Origin: Mobula hypostoma
Taxonomy: Eukaryota
Reading direction: 5' to 3'
NCBI RefSeq assembly: GCF_963921235.1
Contig: NC_086108.1
Coordinates: 27,592,001 to 27,656,000, forward strand
Length of the DNA: 64,000 nt
The notes below the pieces were generated by a model. The model ran no database searches, had not been told where the DNA came from, and saw nothing but the letters and a program-made list of their open reading frames with translations. Position numbers and translations under genes: made by a program. Shown here piece after piece: positions 1 through 13,712 of this stretch. How positions within the stretch are numbered: position 1 is the stretch's first letter; every line of letters begins with the position of its first letter.

Positions 1-386
1 ATCTGATTGAAACATATAAAATCCTAAAGGGATTGGACAGGCTAGATGCAGGAAGATTGTTCCCGATGTTGGGGAAGTCCAGAATGAGGGGTCACAGTTT
101 GAGGATAAAGGGGAAGCCTTTTAGGACCGAGGTTAGGAAAAACTTCTTCACACAGAGAGTGGTGAATCTGTGGAATTCTCTGCCACAGGAAACAGTTGAG
201 GCCAGTTCATTGGCTATATTTAAGAGGGAGTTAGATATGGCCCTTGTGGCTAAAGGGATCAGGGGGTATGGAGGGAAGGCTGGTACAGGGTTCTGAGTTG
301 GATGTTCAGCCATGATCATACTGAATGGCGGTGCAGGCTCGAAGGGCCGAATGGCCTACTCCTGCACCTATTTTCTATGTTTCTAT
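1..386 (+). mobile_element. CR1 LINE 3' end (young family), ORF2 C-terminus plus 3' UTR
   Basis: ORF 33-296 has the CR1 C-terminal motifs RGHSLRI and RKNFFTQRVVNLWNSLP; ends in a TTTCTATG tail; near-identical to 17710-18103 and the reverse complement of 43252-43640. Confidence 0.92.
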
Positions 387-387
387 T

Positions 388-790
388 CTCCTTTCAGGCT
401 GCCCTCTTACCACTTCTCATCTCATCTGCCCATCACCTTCATCTGGAGCTCCTCATCCTTCCCTTTCTCCCATGGTCTACTCTTCTGTTCAATCAAATTA
501 TTTCTTCTTCACCACAATACCTCTTCCACCTATCATATTTCAGATTCTCACTTCATTCCCCCTCCTCCACTTACCCATTTCCCCCTTACCTGGTTTCACC
601 TGTCACCTGCCAGCTTGTATGCCTCTCCCCACCCCCCGCCCTCACCACCTTCTTTTCCTGTTTTCTGCCTTTCCAGTCCTGATGAAGGGTCTCAGTCTGA
701 AGCATTGACTGTTTATTCCTCTCCAGCATTCCTCCAGCATGTTGTGTGTGTTGATCTGGATTTCCAGCATCTGCAGAATCTCCTGTGCCT
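388..790 (+). mobile_element. Decayed Penelope-like terminal repeat with degenerate hammerhead motif
   Basis: Pyrimidine-rich tract, then CAGTC-CTGATGA-AGGGTCTCAGTCT-GAAG-CATT-GACTG (674-711) and the CCAGCATCTGCAGA end shared with 13713-14207 and 27600-27990. Confidence 0.6.
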
Positions 791-870
791 TAGAGATGGA
801 AGCTATTAGGCATCGACTAGGTGTTCAGCAGTTTTCAATTGCTTTACTTGCATATATCCACTATCATGTC

Positions 871-3661
871 ATTTTTTTATAATGTAATTTTTATTGAGTT
901 TTCAAAAAGAATACACGAAAAGATAAAATCTACCCTCCCCGCTCCCCTTAACCCTCCCCCCCGCCATATATAGTCCTACCTAAAAAGAAAGAAGAGAAAA
1001 AAAAAGAAGAGCCGCCTGGGTATTGGAAGGTTTCCACATGTTCCATGGGATTCAAAATAAATTTGGTATAATTATTTGTTACTTTCCCCAAGAGACCAAG
1101 ATCTTTATCGGAGCACTTAAATATGCCATCCTATCTTTTGTAAATAAAGGCGCCAAATATTCAAAAATGTTACATATTTATCTCTTAAATTATAAGTAAT
1201 TTTTTCGAGTGGAATAGAACTAGCCATTTCATTATTCCAACAATCCATACTTAAACACGAATCAGATTTCCAAGTAACTGCTATAGTCTTCTTAGCTGCT
1301 GCCAATGCAATTTTTATAAATTCTTTCTGATATTTATTCAATTTAAGTTTCGGCTTTATCCCTTCAATATCACCTAATAGAAATAATACAGGGTTATGTG
1401 GAAGTTGAGTTCCAGTAATTTGTTCCAATAAGACTCTTAAATTTATCCAAAAGGGTTGAATTTTAAAACAAGACCAAGTAGAATGTAAAAAAGTACCAAT
1501 TTCTTGATTACACCGAAAGCATTTATCGGATAGATTTGAATTTAATCTATTTATTTTCTGTGGTGTAATGTATAATTGGTGTAAAAAATTATATTGTACT
1601 AATCTAAGTCGAACATCTATTGTATATGTCATACTGTCAAGACAGAGTCTTGACCAATTTGTTTCATCAATATTAATATTCAGATCTGTTTCCCATTTTT
1701 GCTTTGACATATGGATTCCTTGTTTAATTGTCTGTTCTTGAATCAAATTATACATACAAGAAATAAATTTTTTAATTTTCCCTTTTTGAATTAAAATTTC
1801 AATTTCATTAGGTTTTGGCAAAAACATTGTTTGACCCAGCTTACCTTTTAAGTAAGCCCTTAATTGAAGGTAACAAAAAAAGTATTATTTGATATTTTAT
1901 ATTTATACTTTAATTGTTCAAATGACATCAATATACCACGTTCATAACAATCTCCTATAAATTTAATCCCTTTTTGGTACCAATTATATAAAAGTTGATT
2001 GTCCATTGTAAAAGGAATAAGTCTGTTTTGGAACAAAGGTCTCCTTGCTAATAGAGATTTCCGTGTTTCATTATCAACATTTATCTTATTCCATAGATCA
2101 ATCAAATGTGTTAATATAGGAGATTCTTTCTTTTCCCGTATCTACTTAGATTCCCATTTATATATAAAATCTTCAGGTCTATTTTCTCCTATCTTGTCTA
2201 ATTCTATTTTAATCCATGCTGGTTTTCGATCATCGAAGAAAGATGCAATAAATCTAAGTTGATTTGCTTTATAATAGTTTTTAATGTTTGGAAGTTGTAA
2301 CCCTCCTAACCCAAATTTACATGTCAATTTTTCCAATGATATTCTTGACATTTTACCTTTCCAAAGAAATTTCCTCACACATTTATTTAACTCTTGAAAA
2401 AATTTCTGTGGCAATTGTATTGGTAATGTTTGAAACAAATACTGTAATCTAGGAAATATATCCATTTTTACAACATTGACTCTACCTACTAATGTTATTA
2501 GTAGTATCATCCATTTGTCAAAATCTTCTTGAATTTTTTTCAACAGTGGTAAATAATTAAATTTATATAAATTCTTTACATCATTATCAAGTCTTATACC
2601 TAAATACTTTATACCATTTACCGGCCATCTAAATTGGGTTACTAATCGACATTGACTATAGTCTCCTTTAGTAACAGGTAAAATTTCACTTTTATCCCAA
2701 TTTATTTCGTAACCTGATACCTTCCCATATTCATCTAATTGAGAAGATAATTTATGTAATGAATGTTGTGGGTTTGTTAAGTAGATCAAAATATCATCGG
2801 CAAAATGATTAATTTTATATTCCTCCTGATTAACTCTAAAATCCATAATATCTGGATCAATTCTGATTAGTTCTGCTAATGGCTCTATCGCCAATACAAA
2901 TAAAACAGGTGATAATGGACAACCTTGTCTAGTTGACCATTTTAACTGGAATGGTGTTGAAATTTGAGAGTTTGTCACTACTTTAGCCTTAGGGTTAGAA
3001 TTTAAAGTTTTAATCCAATTTATAAAAGATGTTCCTAACCCATATTTTTCTAATACTTTAAATAAAAAATCCCATTCTAATCTATCAAATGCTTTTTCTG
3101 CATCCAAGGCTACTACTATACTCTTCTCGTCCCTTTTTTGTGCCAAATGAATTATACTGAGTAGCCGAGTTACATTATCTGCCAATTGTCTATTTTTAAT
3201 AAATCCTGTTTGATCCATATGTATTAATTTTGGTAAATATTTAGATAATCTATTCGATAAAATTTTTGCTATTATTTTATAATCCGTATTCAATAAAGAA
3301 ATAGGCCTGTATGATGTTGGTTTCATAGGGTCTCTGTCTTTTTTTGGCAATACTATTACAATCGCTGTTGAAAAAGATTCTGGGAGTTTATGTGTTTTTT
3401 TCTGCTTGATGTATTAGTTCCATAAAGAGAGGAAATAATAAATCTTTAAATTTTTTATAAAATTCAGGTGGAAAACCATCTTCTCCTGGAGATTTATTAC
3501 TTTGGAGTGATCCTAAAGCTTCTTCAACTTCTTTTAATGTAAAAGGCATATCTATTCCATTCTGTTCTTCCAAATTCAATTTTGGAAGAGATACTTGTGA
3601 TAAAAACCTTTCTATCTCATTAACATCATTTTGTGATTCTGATTGATATAATTCAGAATAG
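871..3661 (-). mobile_element. 5'-truncated L1-clade LINE, frameshifted ORF2 (RT plus C-terminal Cys/His domain)
   Basis: ORFs 3388-3579, 2142-3350 (YRPISLLNTDYKI, LDAEKAFD, RQGCPLSP, FADD, KYLG), 1860-2105 and 1117-1827 (CFRC..H...WSC..IQPFW); T-rich tail at ~871-902; possible TSD ACTATCAT (860-867 / 3663-3670). Confidence 0.92.
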
Positions 3662-6600
3662 TACTATCATTGACTCGTTTACAGATGTGCCCTCAATTTA
3701 TGAATATCTTTCTTCATTGCATATAGCATGTCACTTTCTGCCCACATGCATAATCCAGACTGAATCAAACATTCAATTCATAGTCTGTGAATTGCATATC
3801 TTTCTATGCAAAGTATGGACAACTACAATGCATTCTGCCTAGCCTTTTCCAAAGTTACACTTAGCAAATATTTCTATGAACAGAGGATACCTGTATGTAC
3901 TTGCATCCATCTGCTATGCAAAGAGTATGTACAGTATACTCCATACACTGATCACTATAAAGCACTATTAGTATTGTTTGTGTACGCAGTCAGCAGTTCA
4001 CTATCGCTCACACCTGAATAAAAAGCAGTTCAGTGCATACTTTAGTAAAATATGCAAAAACAAATTATTATGCAGAAAGATTAGTGATGCAGATATACAA
4101 AATTTACTTCATAAGGTCTACAACCCATTCTGCTGTCAAAGGAAGAAATACAATTTAAAAGCCCAATCACAGCTTCCAAATCAAAACAAATTTATATGCC
4201 AATGTGGCCTCTTGAAGACAAGAGTTGAACCTCTCTTTCTATCCCTTGCTGCCATTGATCTGGATGTATATCATGAAATGGATAACAGCACTGTGAATGA
4301 AGTCAGTGAGCCATATCCAAGCACTTTGAGTATGGGCCATTTAATAGACCAGCTAGTTAATCTCTTCAAATTTATTACATAAACTCTTTGACAGCTGAGG
4401 TGTCCAATTCCTTAACCTGTCCTTTTTTAATATGACATTAAATTGTACCTGAATTCTTGAAGAAATGGTATAACAAAGGCACACAACAGTACTTTGTTTC
4501 CCAAGGAAAGGTTATACAATTCAAAGAATATGAATTGAACAGCGGAGTTATCCCATTTTATGCATGATGGTGTGGGAAGGGGACTGGGGCAGACAGATAA
4601 GGTTATCTAAAAGGTTATACTGATTGACATCCAGCCTGAACTTCAATCTGATGGGTGAGATTGTAATTTAGATAGCTTGGATTGCTTTTTGCAAAGAGAG
4701 AAGTCATATGGGGCAATTGATAAATCAAAATAGATTTTAGTCTTTAAAACTGAATGCAGATGACATTATTGACAATCACTGGAAATTTGCATGAGAAGCC
4801 CCAGCTAACTTTTACAGTGTATACAGTGCATGGGACTGATTGGACCTACTTTCCATTAAATGTATCTTCTATGTCTGTATCTGTATCTGTGATTATATGA
4901 TCTGTAGGTATAACGGGATTTCATTGCTTGTCTTTGAACACACCTTTCCTTTTGTCAACACTCCCTCACGATGGAACCTGTATTAATACTGAGACCTGCT
5001 ATTAAACTTTCCATGCTTGGCATCCAGAGCTAAATAATGTTCAGATCGAAAGAACACAAGGGAATAGGATCAGGACTAGGCACTTTAGCTATTCAAGTCT
5101 GACCCGCCACTCAACGTAATTCTGAAATCTTTAATGAATTAATCTCCCAGTCTTGATCATCCAATTTACCTCGTTGTGGCCTTGGCACTGTCTTCTGCGT
5201 CTGTTTTCTTTTTGTATGCAATGATATGTGTGGATGGCATGTAAACAAAAGCTTTTCACTGTGTCTTAGTACATATGACAGTAATAAATCAATAATAATC
5301 ATGGCTAATCTGCTCCTTGTCAGTTCCCTCTCACCAATAATCCCCCAAGTTTTCAAAAATGTATCAAGTTCATCTTTACAGCCAGTGATCCAGTCTCTAA
5401 AACCCTCCAGAGTAGTAAATTTCAGAGATTCACCACCAAAGAGAGGGGCTGAGATAAGTACGGAAATTCAGCAAATTTCAGTGAGAAGGTGGGGGAGTCT
5501 TCAATATACTCAGCTCATAGATAACCATATGTGATAACCCATGTCCAAAATACTGGAGAAAGACAAAACTAGGTCAGGGAGAAGAGCTATTCAAGCCTGA
5601 GGTCGCAGCATATAGTTCCTTAAACTCAGGAACACATTCCAAAAGGTGTAATCAGACAAGAGGTGCTGCTGGCGTGAATGAGGGGTATTGCAGCAGGTTA
5701 CCAAATGCAGTTACTATTTCATCAAAAAAGACAAGAGTTGAGTGCTTGATTGTAGTTTCCACTAAGTGGTCATATTTAAGAGAATTTTGGACATGTTGAG
5801 TGACTGCATCTCAAAGATATAGAATGCATGTGATGTTGTAAACCTACTCCCATTCCACTTCCTCACTTATGCCCTCCCCATCCCAAAAAGAACATTAATA
5901 TTTTATGCAAGGAGAACAGTGTCATTTGATAAACATTTTATCTATTCAAAAGCAGTTGCATGGTTTGGACTATGCCTGGGGTAAATGAGAGAATAATCTC
6001 AATAGTGTGGCAAGCAAAATTGAGATCAAAAGAGCTTAAAGCGAGACAGCTATGTGATATACTATAACATAGGAAATGGAGGGGATGAAAAATGTTATTT
6101 TAAATAATGTTTTGATGAAAGAACAGACAATCACCTTGGAGACAAGGCAGAACTAGTCAGTAGTGATTCATCAAATGCAAATAAGATTTTTTTAGAAGAC
6201 AACACTTTGAGTTATATATCAGTGCATAAGTGATTTGAGACATTCATTTTGTAAAGTATAATGCATGGCAGATGGTAGGGTTTTGCACTATGCTTCCTTA
6301 AACGCTCCAATACTGAGATCTTTCTCACTTCATGTTTGGATATAATGAAGACTATTTGCTGGGAAACTGCAGATACAGTTTCATGTTGCCATGTGACTAA
6401 ATGATGTTGGAGGTTTTCGTTGGCTGCATTTCTTAAGCTCCTGCAGTAGCTAGACAGTTGTCATTCGGTGAGTGGATAGCTCTGGACGAACAGTGCTTTA
6501 CTTGAGACCTTTTTAATTAGTCAGGCTTCATATGGAAACATTTATTGGTTTTGCTTTTCATTAATTTCAAAAGCAGTTTGATAGCTAGTGTTAGTGTGAC

Positions 6601-6789
6601 ATGTTAAATACAGTCTATTGAAAAAGTTTGCTAATTGGTTTATCATTGTCAAATGTTACAAAATCCTGTGATAAGTTGTTTGCATGCCATCCAGATAGAT
6701 TATTCCATACATAAGGACATTGAGACAACAAAAGGAAAACAAAGCGGAATACAAAATATAGTGTTACAGTTACAGAGAATATGTTAGAG

Positions 6790-8369
6790 AATCTGCATGG
6801 AGGTACAGTCAAGATGAAGAGTCTTGCCTGGAGCTATGTGTGGTGGCTGGGAATAGATAAACAGATTGAAGACTTGGCCAAAAGCTGTTTGGAAGCCAAA
6901 AAGTACAAGATGCACCCTTACAGGTACAATGACTCCCATAGGAGTGACCAGCGTCACCACGTCGAGGAGTACATACTGACTCTGCTGGGCCATTCCTGGA
7001 CTCCATGTCTCTAACTGCTGTGGATGCTCATTCAAAGTGGCTGGAGATTATACCAATGAAGTCAACCACCGAGGCAAAGACCTAGTCCTCCACCCTGAGG
7101 ACTACCTTCACCAGAAACAGCTTACCAGAACAAATTGTGAGGGACAACGAACCACAATACATGTCAGAAAAACTCCAACTGTTCAAGAAGGAAAAATGCA
7201 TCAGACATTTCAGGTTAGCTTCTTTCACCACCCAGCAATGAATGGGTTAGCTGAAAGGTTTATCCAAACCTTCAAGAAGACCATTAAAGTGATGGACAAG
7301 GAGGACATTCTATGACACAAGGTGGACAACTTCCTTTTTGTACATCGGAACTGTGTTCATGCAATGACAAAACAAACACCTGCAATGCTGCTTCCTTTTC
7401 GTGTATCGGCACTCTGTTCATGTGACAACAAATCAAACACCTGCTATTCATGAACAAGAATCTAAGATCTCACATAGACCTCCTGAAGCCAGACCTCCGG
7501 AGGGAAGTACAGAATAAACCACTCAGCCAGTTGCCAAGTGAAGCAGTAAGGACCTTCCAGACTGGACAGGAAGTCCTAGTGCATAATTACCAAGAAGAAA
7601 AGTGGACACCAGTAGGATAACTACAAGAACTGGGCAACACAGTGGATGTTGGAGATGAGACATGGAGATGTCATGTGGACCAGACACAGGATGCTCAACT
7701 GAAGAACACACCTGAGTCGATTGCATCAAACAAGATGGACATATTACAGTCACGAGACTTACCTCTCAGTGATGATGTCACTGACAGCAACGTGACACCG
7801 GAAACCAAGAACGTTGTCTTAGACAAGACTCCTGCCAAACTTGATGCCACTCCACAGGTCCAGAGGCACGATGAGAATGTTATCGTTGATAAGGTATCTG
7901 CCAAATCTGATGCTGCTCCACAGGTCCAGAGGCACGACGAGAACGTTATCAATTACAGGACACCTCCTAAACCTTATGGCTCTCCGTAGGTCTAGAGGTG
8001 CTGTCCTGAAAGAAACAAAGTGCCACCCAAAAGACGGAACCTTTAGAACACTGAAGTTAGTTATGGACTCTTATTGTGAAAGCATGTTTATTTGGAATAT
8101 TGTTTATGAAAGGGAAATTGAATGTTTTGTACATATTCAGTTTTACGTTACATTGCTCTAAAGGGGGAGGAAATGTATTGTATGGATCTACTTCTTTTTG
8201 AGCAAAGGCTCTCCCTCCTTAGCACTATGTATTGGTCTGTTGTCTGTGCATGCACTGTTGTCTACACATGTGCATTGTGTTTTCTCTTTCTCTCTCTCGC
8301 TGCAATGGAAATACAGCAGTTAAAGTCATCTCCCGCGTGCACGTTTTTGTTTTTTGTATATACACAACA
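6790..8369 (+). mobile_element. Gypsy LTR retrotransposon 3' remnant (integrase, PPT, 3' LTR)
   Basis: KMKSLAWSYVWWLGIDKQIE (integrase zinc-binding domain) and HPAMNGLAERFIQTFK (core); PPT AAGGGGGAGGAAA at 8161-8173, then a TG...ACA LTR at 8174-8369. Confidence 0.8.
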
Positions 8370-9420
8370 GAATACTTTGTTTGTGATGGACTGGGCTGTA
8401 TTCAGCACTTTCTGTAGGCGTTTCTATTCCTGGACATTGGCGTTTCCGTAGGAAGTTGTGATGCAACCAGTTAGGATACGCTCCATTGTGCATCTACAGA
8501 AGTGTTCGAAGCTTTAGCAGAAATGCCAAATCTATGCAAACATCTAAGAAAGTAAAGGCACTGTCATGCCTTATATTTGAAGACACTTACATTCGCGTCC
8601 CAGCACAGATCCTCTGATATGTTAAGTCCAAGGAACGTAAAGCTATTGACCCTCTCCACCTCCACACTCCTAATGACGACTGGTTCCAGCTTCATCCTCT
8701 TGTAGTTGATAATCAGCTCTTTTGTTTTGCTAATGTTGAGTGGAAGGGTGTTGTGGCACCACTGAACCAGGTTTTCAATCTCCCCTCTATATGCTGATTC
8801 TTCGCCACCTTTGATTCAGCCAACATTAGTGGCATCAGCAAACTTAAAAATGGCAATCTTAAGATTGCATTTAGCCGCACAGTCATAATTGTGATGTGAG
8901 TGGAGCAGGGGACTAAGCACACAGCCCTGTGGTGTACCTGCGCAGATGGCAAGTGTGGAAGAGATGTTGTTGTTAATCCAGACTGACTGGGGTCTGCCAG
9001 TAAGGGAATCAATGATCCAGTCACATGGAGGTACCAAAACCCAGATCCTGGAGCTTAGTGTTGTGCCTTGAGGGGATGATAGTGTTGAATGCTAAACTGT
9101 AGTCCATGAGGAGCATCCAGATTATTGCATCTTCATTGTCCAGGTGTTCTGGAGCTGAGAAAAGAAAAGAGCCAATGAAATGGCATCTGCTGTGATGGCA
9201 AGCAAAATGCAGTGGATCCAGGTCACTCCTCAGGCAGGAATTGATGTACTTCATGACTAACCTTGTGAAGGACTTCATCATTCTATCTGGCACTAATTGA
9301 GCTATAATTCCAGCTCTTATTGGAGCAATATATCCATAGATCCCTGCAAAAGTAGCACCAACCATAGCTATACTGAACTGTCTCCCTGCAAATGGGGAGC
9401 TCTGCCTCAAAACATACAGA
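8370..9420 (-). mobile_element. Rex1/Babar-type LINE RT fragment (decayed)
   Basis: DYSLAFNTIIPS, DSLTGRPQSV, GTPQGCVLSPLL and FKFADAT across ORFs 9021-9410 and 8816-9037; a probable 3' tail lies at ~6620-6790, on the other side of the Gypsy remnant. Confidence 0.75.
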
Positions 9421-9739
9421 ACTGCATTCCAGGCCTAGGCAAGTAGAGGTCAGTCCACCACACTACAACAACACCTCCTTTGTCTGCGGCTTTGATGGTG
9501 AGGCCAGGATTGGTGCAGAGAGAACAGAGGGCAGAGCTTTCATGGGGCGTAAATTTTGAAGTGGAAAGCAGAGTGCTGAAGTCGAGAAGGTTGATGTTTC
9601 ATCTGCATTAGAGATGAAAAATGTTCTAGAGCAGGCAGAAAACTAAAGCAAGGTTCCAAGAAGAGGGTGAGGGTTGAAAACAGGAGAATGGTTCATCAGT
9701 GTGGTGTGGGTACATCAAGCTCATACAAGGGAAAAACAA

Positions 9740-10230
9740 TAACTGAATACAGAATAAGAAGCTACAGTTACAGAGGTGGTGCAGGCAAACAATAAGGTAC
9801 AAAGCCGTGATGAAGTAGACTGTGAGGTCACGAGTTTATCTTATTGAGCAAGACGTCTATTTAAGAGTGCTATAACAATGGGATGGAAGCTGTCTGTGAG
9901 GCTTTTGTATATGCTGCTGATGGAAGAAGGAGAAGAGAGAATGTCTAGGGTGTGTGGGGGCCTTTGATTTTGTTGGCAGCTTTACTGAGATGCGCAATGT
10001 GCAGAGAGAGTCCCAAGACAGCAGACTAGTATGAGTGATATGGTGACTTTGCAATTTCTTGTGGTGCTACATGGAGCATAAGCCATGGTGCATCTGGATA
10101 GGTGTGCTCTATATGCATCTATTGCAATTGATGAGTATCAATGCTGGCATACCAAATTTCCATAGCCTCCTGAGGAAACAGAGTTACAGGTACACTTTCT
10201 TGTTTAATACTCGGAACCTGAAGTACTGAA
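9740..10230 (-). mobile_element. Rex1/Babar-type LINE 3' fragment
   Basis: Relic 'KAPTHPRHSLFSFF', matching the C-terminal D/PxHPxHxLF motif seen in other copies in this window. Confidence 0.5.
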
Positions 10231-11713
10231 CCCTCTTGACCTTAATTGATGGACTTAAAATTCCACCACATGCTGAGCTAGTTCCCAACATTCATGCAAT
10301 ATAATATTAAGCATACAATACTATATTCCAGTATTTGTAAAACATTACCCTGCTAATATGCATTCCTAGATAACCACATGTGAATGTAAAAACCAGAACA
10401 TGGCATACTAGATTTTAATGTTGGAGCAATGGTGCAAAAGCTGTACCTGCCATTGATTCTATGCTATAATTTAACAGGGAGTAGATAATGTAGAAGTCCA
10501 TAAAGCAACATGAAATTCACAACAAGAATAAAAGCCTGGATGTCTTGTCAAATGCCGAAGAAGATCGAAAAGGCAGAGCTGCTGAGAAGTGAACACTGAA
10601 GTTTGACAAGCTTTGTGCAAAAGATTTTCACAAACTCAAACTTGAACTGAAGAGAGGAGTTGTTTGTGGACTCATGCATAAATTGCTCGTTCAAATAAAA
10701 TTGCCGCTTGGATTTTATCACATACAGCTTCAGTGCAATCGTTTCAAAGATTATTTAGTTCCACTGCATGGCAGAGATCAAAAAATGATTTTGTACACAT
10801 TCAGCTTTAGATTTTAAAATGTGGAAAGAAACAAAATTCAAGTTTTATTTTCTGAGAAAAGAAAACTACTGTTGCAATATGAATGTCCAATGAACCTCCT
10901 AAGATACATCAGCAACTTTCCTTTGGAACGTCTTTGATGTGACAGCCTTCTTCTGAATGTCTGGGTCTGTTTGAATAAATGAAGAAGACTGGATTCATAT
11001 TGCTCCTCCCATGACTTCAGGACTTCCCAAAGCACCGTGCAGCAATTGGAGTACTATTGAAGTGCTGTTACAGTTGTAATTTTAGATATACTGTCAGCAT
11101 GAACCCAGATTTCCCTGAAGAAGAAATTATAATAAAGATCAGATAATCTGCTTTCAGTGACACAGATTTAGGAATAAATTTAGATGAGAAGATCCAGGAA
11201 GAATTCTTTATTGTCACTGGATCTGCATCAACCTGTGAAAGTATTCAGAGCTAAGATTCTAGTGGAAAATAAGTCTGATGCTGCTGAGTTTAAGATATAT
11301 GAAAAAGCCATGCCTGGTTGATCAGGTGGAGTAGGGGTTGTCAACCATTTTATGCCATTGACCAATACTATTAAGTAAGGGGTCTGTGGACCACAGGTTG
11401 GGAACTCCAGAGTGCATACAAAATTCATGCTGTTATTGCACAGAAAATGTCATCAAATTCATCTTCAAAGTTTCACTCTCACCACCGACTTCCCGGACAT
11501 GATTCAATACGAAAAGCATCCTGTACTTGCCAATACTGAAAGATGGCTGCTCCATATCTGGTCCATTACAACTAAATAAAACAGGGTTAGTTAAACATCT
11601 GAGCTTTTAGCGTAGAGTTTCTCTCTGCAATATAAATGTTGTGTTGATCTTTACAATATTTATATGATAATTATTGAACAAGTGCAACACCATCTCTCTT
11701 GAAAGTTCATATT

Positions 11714-12531
11714 GGCAGATGCAGTTCAACCCAGATAAGTGTGAGGTGGTTCATTTTGGTAGGTCAAATATGATAGCAGAATATAATATTAATGGTAAGG
11801 CTCTTGGCAGTGTGGAGGATCAGCGGGACCTTGGGGTGTGAGTCCATAGGACACTCAAGGCTGCTGCGTAGGTTGACTCTGTGGTTAAGAAAGCATATGG
11901 TGCAATGGCCTTCATCAATTGTGGGATTGAATTTAGAAGCTGAGAGGTAATGTTGCAGCTATATATGACCCTGGTCAGACCCCACTTGGAGTACTGTGCT
12001 CAGTTCTGGTCACCTCACTACAGGAAGGATGTAGAAACTATAGAAATGGTGCAGAGGAGATTTGCAAGGGTGTTGCCTGGATTGGGGACCATACCTTATG
12101 AGAATAGGTTGAGTGAACTTGGCCTTTTCTCCTTGGAGTGATGGAGGATGAGAGGTGACCTGATAGAGGTGTATAAGATGATGAGAGGCATTGATTGTGT
12201 GGATAATCAGAGGCTTTTTCCCAGGGCTGAAATGGCTAACACGGGAGGCCACAGTTTTAAGGTGCTTAGAAGTAGGTACAGAGTAGATGTCAGGGGTAAG
12301 TTTTTTATGCAGAGAGTAGTGAGTACGTGGAATGGGCTGCCAGTGACAATAGTGGAGGAGGATATGATAGGGTCTTTTAAGAGATTCTTGGATAGGTACA
12401 TGGAGCTTAGGAAATTAGAGGGCTTTGGGTAACACTAGGTAATTTCTAAAGTAAGTACATATTCGGCACAGCATTGTGTGCCGAAGTGCCTGTATTGTGT
12501 TGTATGTTTTCTATGTTCCTATGTTTCTATG
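11714..12531 (+). mobile_element. CR1 LINE 3' fragment (second subfamily)
   Basis: LVRPHLEYCAQFWSPHYRKD and RGDLIEVYK motifs with stops; TTTCTATG-type tail at ~12508-12531. Confidence 0.88.
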
Positions 12532-13712
12532 CTGCCATGGTGGCTTAGAATACAAGGATTCAAAGAGGCTTTGATGACGTTCTGTCAAACAATTGAAAAG
12601 CTTGTGACTTACCCCCACAAGGGTATGTCGTTGTTGTCTCTCAGAATCCCAAGAATTCTATACCCAGCTTGACGACACCAACAGCCAGGTACTGCTATTC
12701 CTGATCATCCTTTGTCTTGTGCAACCTCCTACACCAGACAGATTGCAGCTAGTTGAGGAACATTGACTTTGATCAATGGGACAGTCGATAAGTGACACCA
12801 AGTGATTTTCACTGGATGATTAGTTGAGCTATTTTTTGTAATAATTGGATGTGCAAACCTTATTTGGAAAGAGGATTTGTTGTTGATTTTCAACCTGATA
12901 GCTCTCAAGCACAAGAGAAGAAAGAAATTAGAATGGGAAAAAAGGCCATAGGATATCCAGAAACGTGAACGGAGAATGCCGGGATACTCAGCTGATCAAG
13001 CAGCCTCTGTGAAGAGAGAAACAGCATTAATGTTAAAGGTCATTGACCTCCTGTCACAAGCAGGAAATGTTAGGGGGACGGTGGATAGAACAGCAGGGAA
13101 GTATTGTGATCGGTTGGAGATCAGGAAAGTTTGTCTCACAGGGTGGTAAATAAAAATTTCCCAGGCTTACAGAACATGGAGAAGTAGATCATAGTAGAGA
13201 CCCTCTGCTCACAATGTGTACTGACCTTTTAACCTATTCCAAGATCAATCTACATCTTTCCTCCCACATAGTGCTCCTTTTACGTTCATCCATATATGCC
13301 GATCTAAGATTGTCCTAAACGTCATTGACGTATCTGCCTCTACCATCAGCCTGGTGCTATGCTCCATGTATTTACCACTGTGTACAAAATAAACTATCTC
13401 TGACATGCCCCTCCAATCACCATAAAAGTAGGTCCTTTTATATTAGCCATTGCTACCAGGGGGGAAAAAATGATAGAGGTGTGTAAAATGATCAGAGGCA
13501 TAGATTTTTCACTCAATCTATGCCTCTGATCATTTTACACACCTCTATCATTTCCTCTATCCTCTATTGCTCCAAAGAGAAAAGCCCTTGCTTGCTCAAA
13601 CTTCTCAGACATGTTCTCTAATAGCATCCTGCTAAATCTCCCTTTCACCCTCTCTAAAGCTTCCACATCCTTTCTATAATGAGGTGACCAGAACAGAATA
13701 CAATGCTTCTAG

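Noticed and set aside
674..711. Functional hammerhead ribozyme (also 27864-27901)
   Set aside because: Core mutated (GAAG and loss of GUC here; UUGACGA and a weakened stem II at 27864), so probably inactive.
3662..6600. Host exons in non-repeat stretches (also 10300-11700, 49250-51600, 53000-53370)
   Set aside because: Short ORFs with no recognisable protein similarity or convincing paired splice sites; small exons cannot be excluded without RNA data.
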